From positions 1 through 63,944 of IMG/VR virus record IMGVR_UViG_3300048998_000126: 63,944 nt of DNA; one strand, given 5' to 3'. Below are positions 62,384-63,944 of the stretch, one piece after another. The stretch comes from a virus. Lineage: Duplodnaviria; Caudoviricetes. The translations under genes and the position numbers were made by a program. Every line of letters begins with the position of its first letter. Position 1 is the stretch's first letter. The notes below the pieces were generated by a model, which saw only the letters and a list, made by a program, of their open reading frames with translations, was not told where the DNA came from and made no database searches.

Positions 62384-62641
62384 ATGGCTGGCATTCAAGT
62401 ACCCGCAAAACTGTTTCTGGCCATGGCCCGGGCGTACAAGCGCCAGTCGGCTGACGCCAAGGATCTGACCGTAGAAGAACGCCAGATGTGGCTTGAGTGC
62501 CACCGACTGGAGACCCGTGCGCAGTCGAAAGTACGCCCGGTCAAGAGCGCCCCAGTCTGCACCCACAAGCGCCGTGAGGTCGTAAACACCCAGACATGTT
62601 GCTCTGACTGCGGGCAGCCGCTCGGACCTGCGAAGCCGTGA
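62384..62641 (+). CDS. Hypothetical protein with C-terminal CxH...CxxC
   Basis: GAGG SD; probable zinc ribbon. Confidence 0.7.
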   Translation: MAGIQVPAKLFLAMARAYKRQSADAKDLTVEERQMWLECHRLETRAQSKVRPVKSAPVCTHKRREVVNTQTCCSDCGQPLGPAKP

Positions 62642-62931
62642 GCCACCCGTGTCCGAAGTGCTCGGCAAAGGCCAAGTGCGTGAACTCGCGCAAGAGGGCG
62701 GACAACACCGTACACCGCCGGTTTAACTGCCTGGCCTGCGGGTGTCGGTTCAGCTCGGTGGAGGTCATCGTGAAGGTGGACGGCGTATCGGCGACTGTGC
62801 AGCTGAACGAGAACCCGACGTCAAATTCCAAGCTGCTGGCCGCCGCAGTGGCGCCGCAGGTAACGCCGAGCGCTGACCCTGTTGAGCTAATGCAGGCTTT
62901 GTTGAACGAACTAACGAGGGTAAGAAAATGA
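62638..62931 (+). CDS. NrdR/Ogr-like zinc-ribbon transcription regulator
   Basis: CPKC...NSR......RRFNCLACGCRFSSVE; no ATP-cone domain. Confidence 0.75.
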   Translation: MSHPCPKCSAKAKCVNSRKRADNTVHRRFNCLACGCRFSSVEVIVKVDGVSATVQLNENPTSNSKLLAAAVAPQVTPSADPVELMQALLNELTRVRK

Positions 62932-63497
62932 CCGAACAGTGGAAAATGGTGCCGGTTGAGCCGACCGAAGAAATGAACCGAGCTGGTGATGTGGCGTACA
63001 GCTGGAATGTGGCGAAGATATACCGCGCCATGCTCGCCGCCGCACCTGTGCCGCCTGCTAGCGATGTGGAAGTGCTGGCGGTTGCGTGGATCAAGGTCAC
63101 TCGGCCTGACAAGCGAGGCAACGCGTATGAGCTGGATTGGTATTCAGCGGCAGAACGGCTACCGGTTGGTGAATACGAGCTTGTGGACGAAGCGCACGTC
63201 ACCCGCCTGACCGCCGAGCGTGACGGGCTACAGGCTGAAGTGGAGCGCCAGCAAAACACAATAGACGGCATGAATCAGACGCACGCCGAAAGCGTTGAAC
63301 ACTTCCAATCCGAGCTGACCAAGGCGCGGGAGTGGCCGCAAGCTGACCAGATTCATCAGATAGCATTCGAGGAAGGCCAGCCAGCCGAAAACGGCGACGG
63401 TTACGCGTTCTCTGCTGAGGAATTCGACCTGTTCATTGAACGCTTAATCGCCCACCAATCCGCGCCAGCCGCGAAGGACATCAAGCCATGCAACTAG
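62928..63497 (+). CDS. Mosaic hypothetical protein common in phages
   Basis: WKMVPVEPTEEM...IYRAMLAAAP module plus a coiled coil; lower GC. Confidence 0.75.
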   Translation: MTEQWKMVPVEPTEEMNRAGDVAYSWNVAKIYRAMLAAAPVPPASDVEVLAVAWIKVTRPDKRGNAYELDWYSAAERLPVGEYELVDEAHVTRLTAERDGLQAEVERQQNTIDGMNQTHAESVEHFQSELTKAREWPQADQIHQIAFEEGQPAENGDGYAFSAEEFDLFIERLIAHQSAPAAKDIKPCN

Positions 63498-63712
63498 CCA
63501 CCCTCATGATTTCTGTGTGCCTGGGGATCGGCAACTGCCCGGCTAAACAACCCTTTGGCGAGCCCTGGACGGGCCCTCAGGCGACGCAGCACTGTGAGCA
63601 GGAGATCGCCGACCTCAAGACCCAGTTGCGCCAGAAGGCGCCCAAGGCGCTCGTGCTGATGCACTGCCGCATAGAGGTCGTGCCGGACAACGTTAAACCC
63701 ACCAGGTTCTAG
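63488..63712 (+). CDS. Hypothetical protein, possibly exported (4 Cys)
   Basis: AAGGA SD; hydrophobic N-terminus. Confidence 0.6.
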   Translation: MQLATLMISVCLGIGNCPAKQPFGEPWTGPQATQHCEQEIADLKTQLRQKAPKALVLMHCRIEVVPDNVKPTRF

Positions 63713-63720
63713 GAGGCATC

Positions 63721-63944
63721 ATGCTCAAGTCCCTCTTTCGGTTGCCGACGAAGATCATCTTCGCGGTGCGCCTGCACTTCGTCGCCCGACGCGTGCTCAA
63801 GCGCCTCAAGGCGCAAAACGGCCAGGTCACTAACGTGGACATCGGCTACGCCATGGCGCCGGAGCTGGTCCGTCTGTTCGGTGCGCGCCGGGTAAACAAG
63901 GGCTTGGCATTCAAGCTTATGGCTGGGCAGATAACCGATAACGA
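63721..63944 (+). CDS. Hypothetical protein spanning the circular junction (continues to TGA at 174-176; 90 aa)
   Basis: AGGAGG SD; the frame stays open through the 127-bp overlap. Confidence 0.75.
   Translation, partial: MLKSLFRLPTKIIFAVRLHFVARRVLKRLKAQNGQVTNVDIGYAMAPELVRLFGARRVNKGLAFKLMAGQITDN
63818..63944. repeat. 127-bp terminal direct repeat (copy 2)
   Basis: Identical to bases 1-127. Confidence 0.95.

Noticed and set aside
63818-63944. Biological terminal repeat
   Set aside because: It is exactly 127 bp, a common assembly k-mer, and lies in the middle of an intact ORF, so it is better explained as a circularisation artefact.

Overview
The window looks like a complete, circularly permuted dsDNA phage genome of about 63,817 bp. 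Bases 1-127 are repeated exactly at 63818-63944 inside an intact ORF, which is typical of an assembler k-mer overlap. It is GC-rich and has two arms. The + strand arm (58.5 kb through the junction to 25.4 kb) carries early and replication genes: many small ORFs, a MoxR-type AAA+ ATPase, an HExxH-peptidase/vWA protein, ATP-dependent DNA ligase, DEDD exonuclease, family A DNA polymerase, DNA methyltransferase, a SLOG/Cas4-like nuclease fusion, VRR-NUC, SNF2 helicase, an SSB-like protein and a primase-helicase. The - strand arm (58.1 to 25.4 kb) carries a tRNA(CAT), tail fibre genes, terminase, portal, scaffold, an N4-gp56-type major capsid protein, very large internal virion proteins, a holin/spanin/GH19 lysis cassette and further tail proteins. 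I recognised no integrase, RNA polymerase, tape measure or sheath gene, so a lytic podovirus-like phage of a Gram-negative host is inferred; the resemblance to KPP25/Bcep22-type genomes is from recall, not a search. The most notable signals are: (1) about 14-15 divergent small paralogues sharing a C-terminal F-x-[DST]-P-h-x-A-h-h-x-h-E-h motif, arrayed around the AAA+ ATPase and peptidase-vWA genes, a candidate modular ATP-dependent remodelling or proteolysis system with an adaptor repertoire; (2) seven copies of the 15-bp palindrome TCACGACWGTCGTGA, seen only in the early arm; (3) an SSB-like protein with a ~330-aa Q/A/P tail punctuated by GWG motifs; (4) an orphan 3' half of tRNA-Gly(TCC) directly behind the tRNA(CAT). 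All product calls come from reading motifs by eye; no database search was run.
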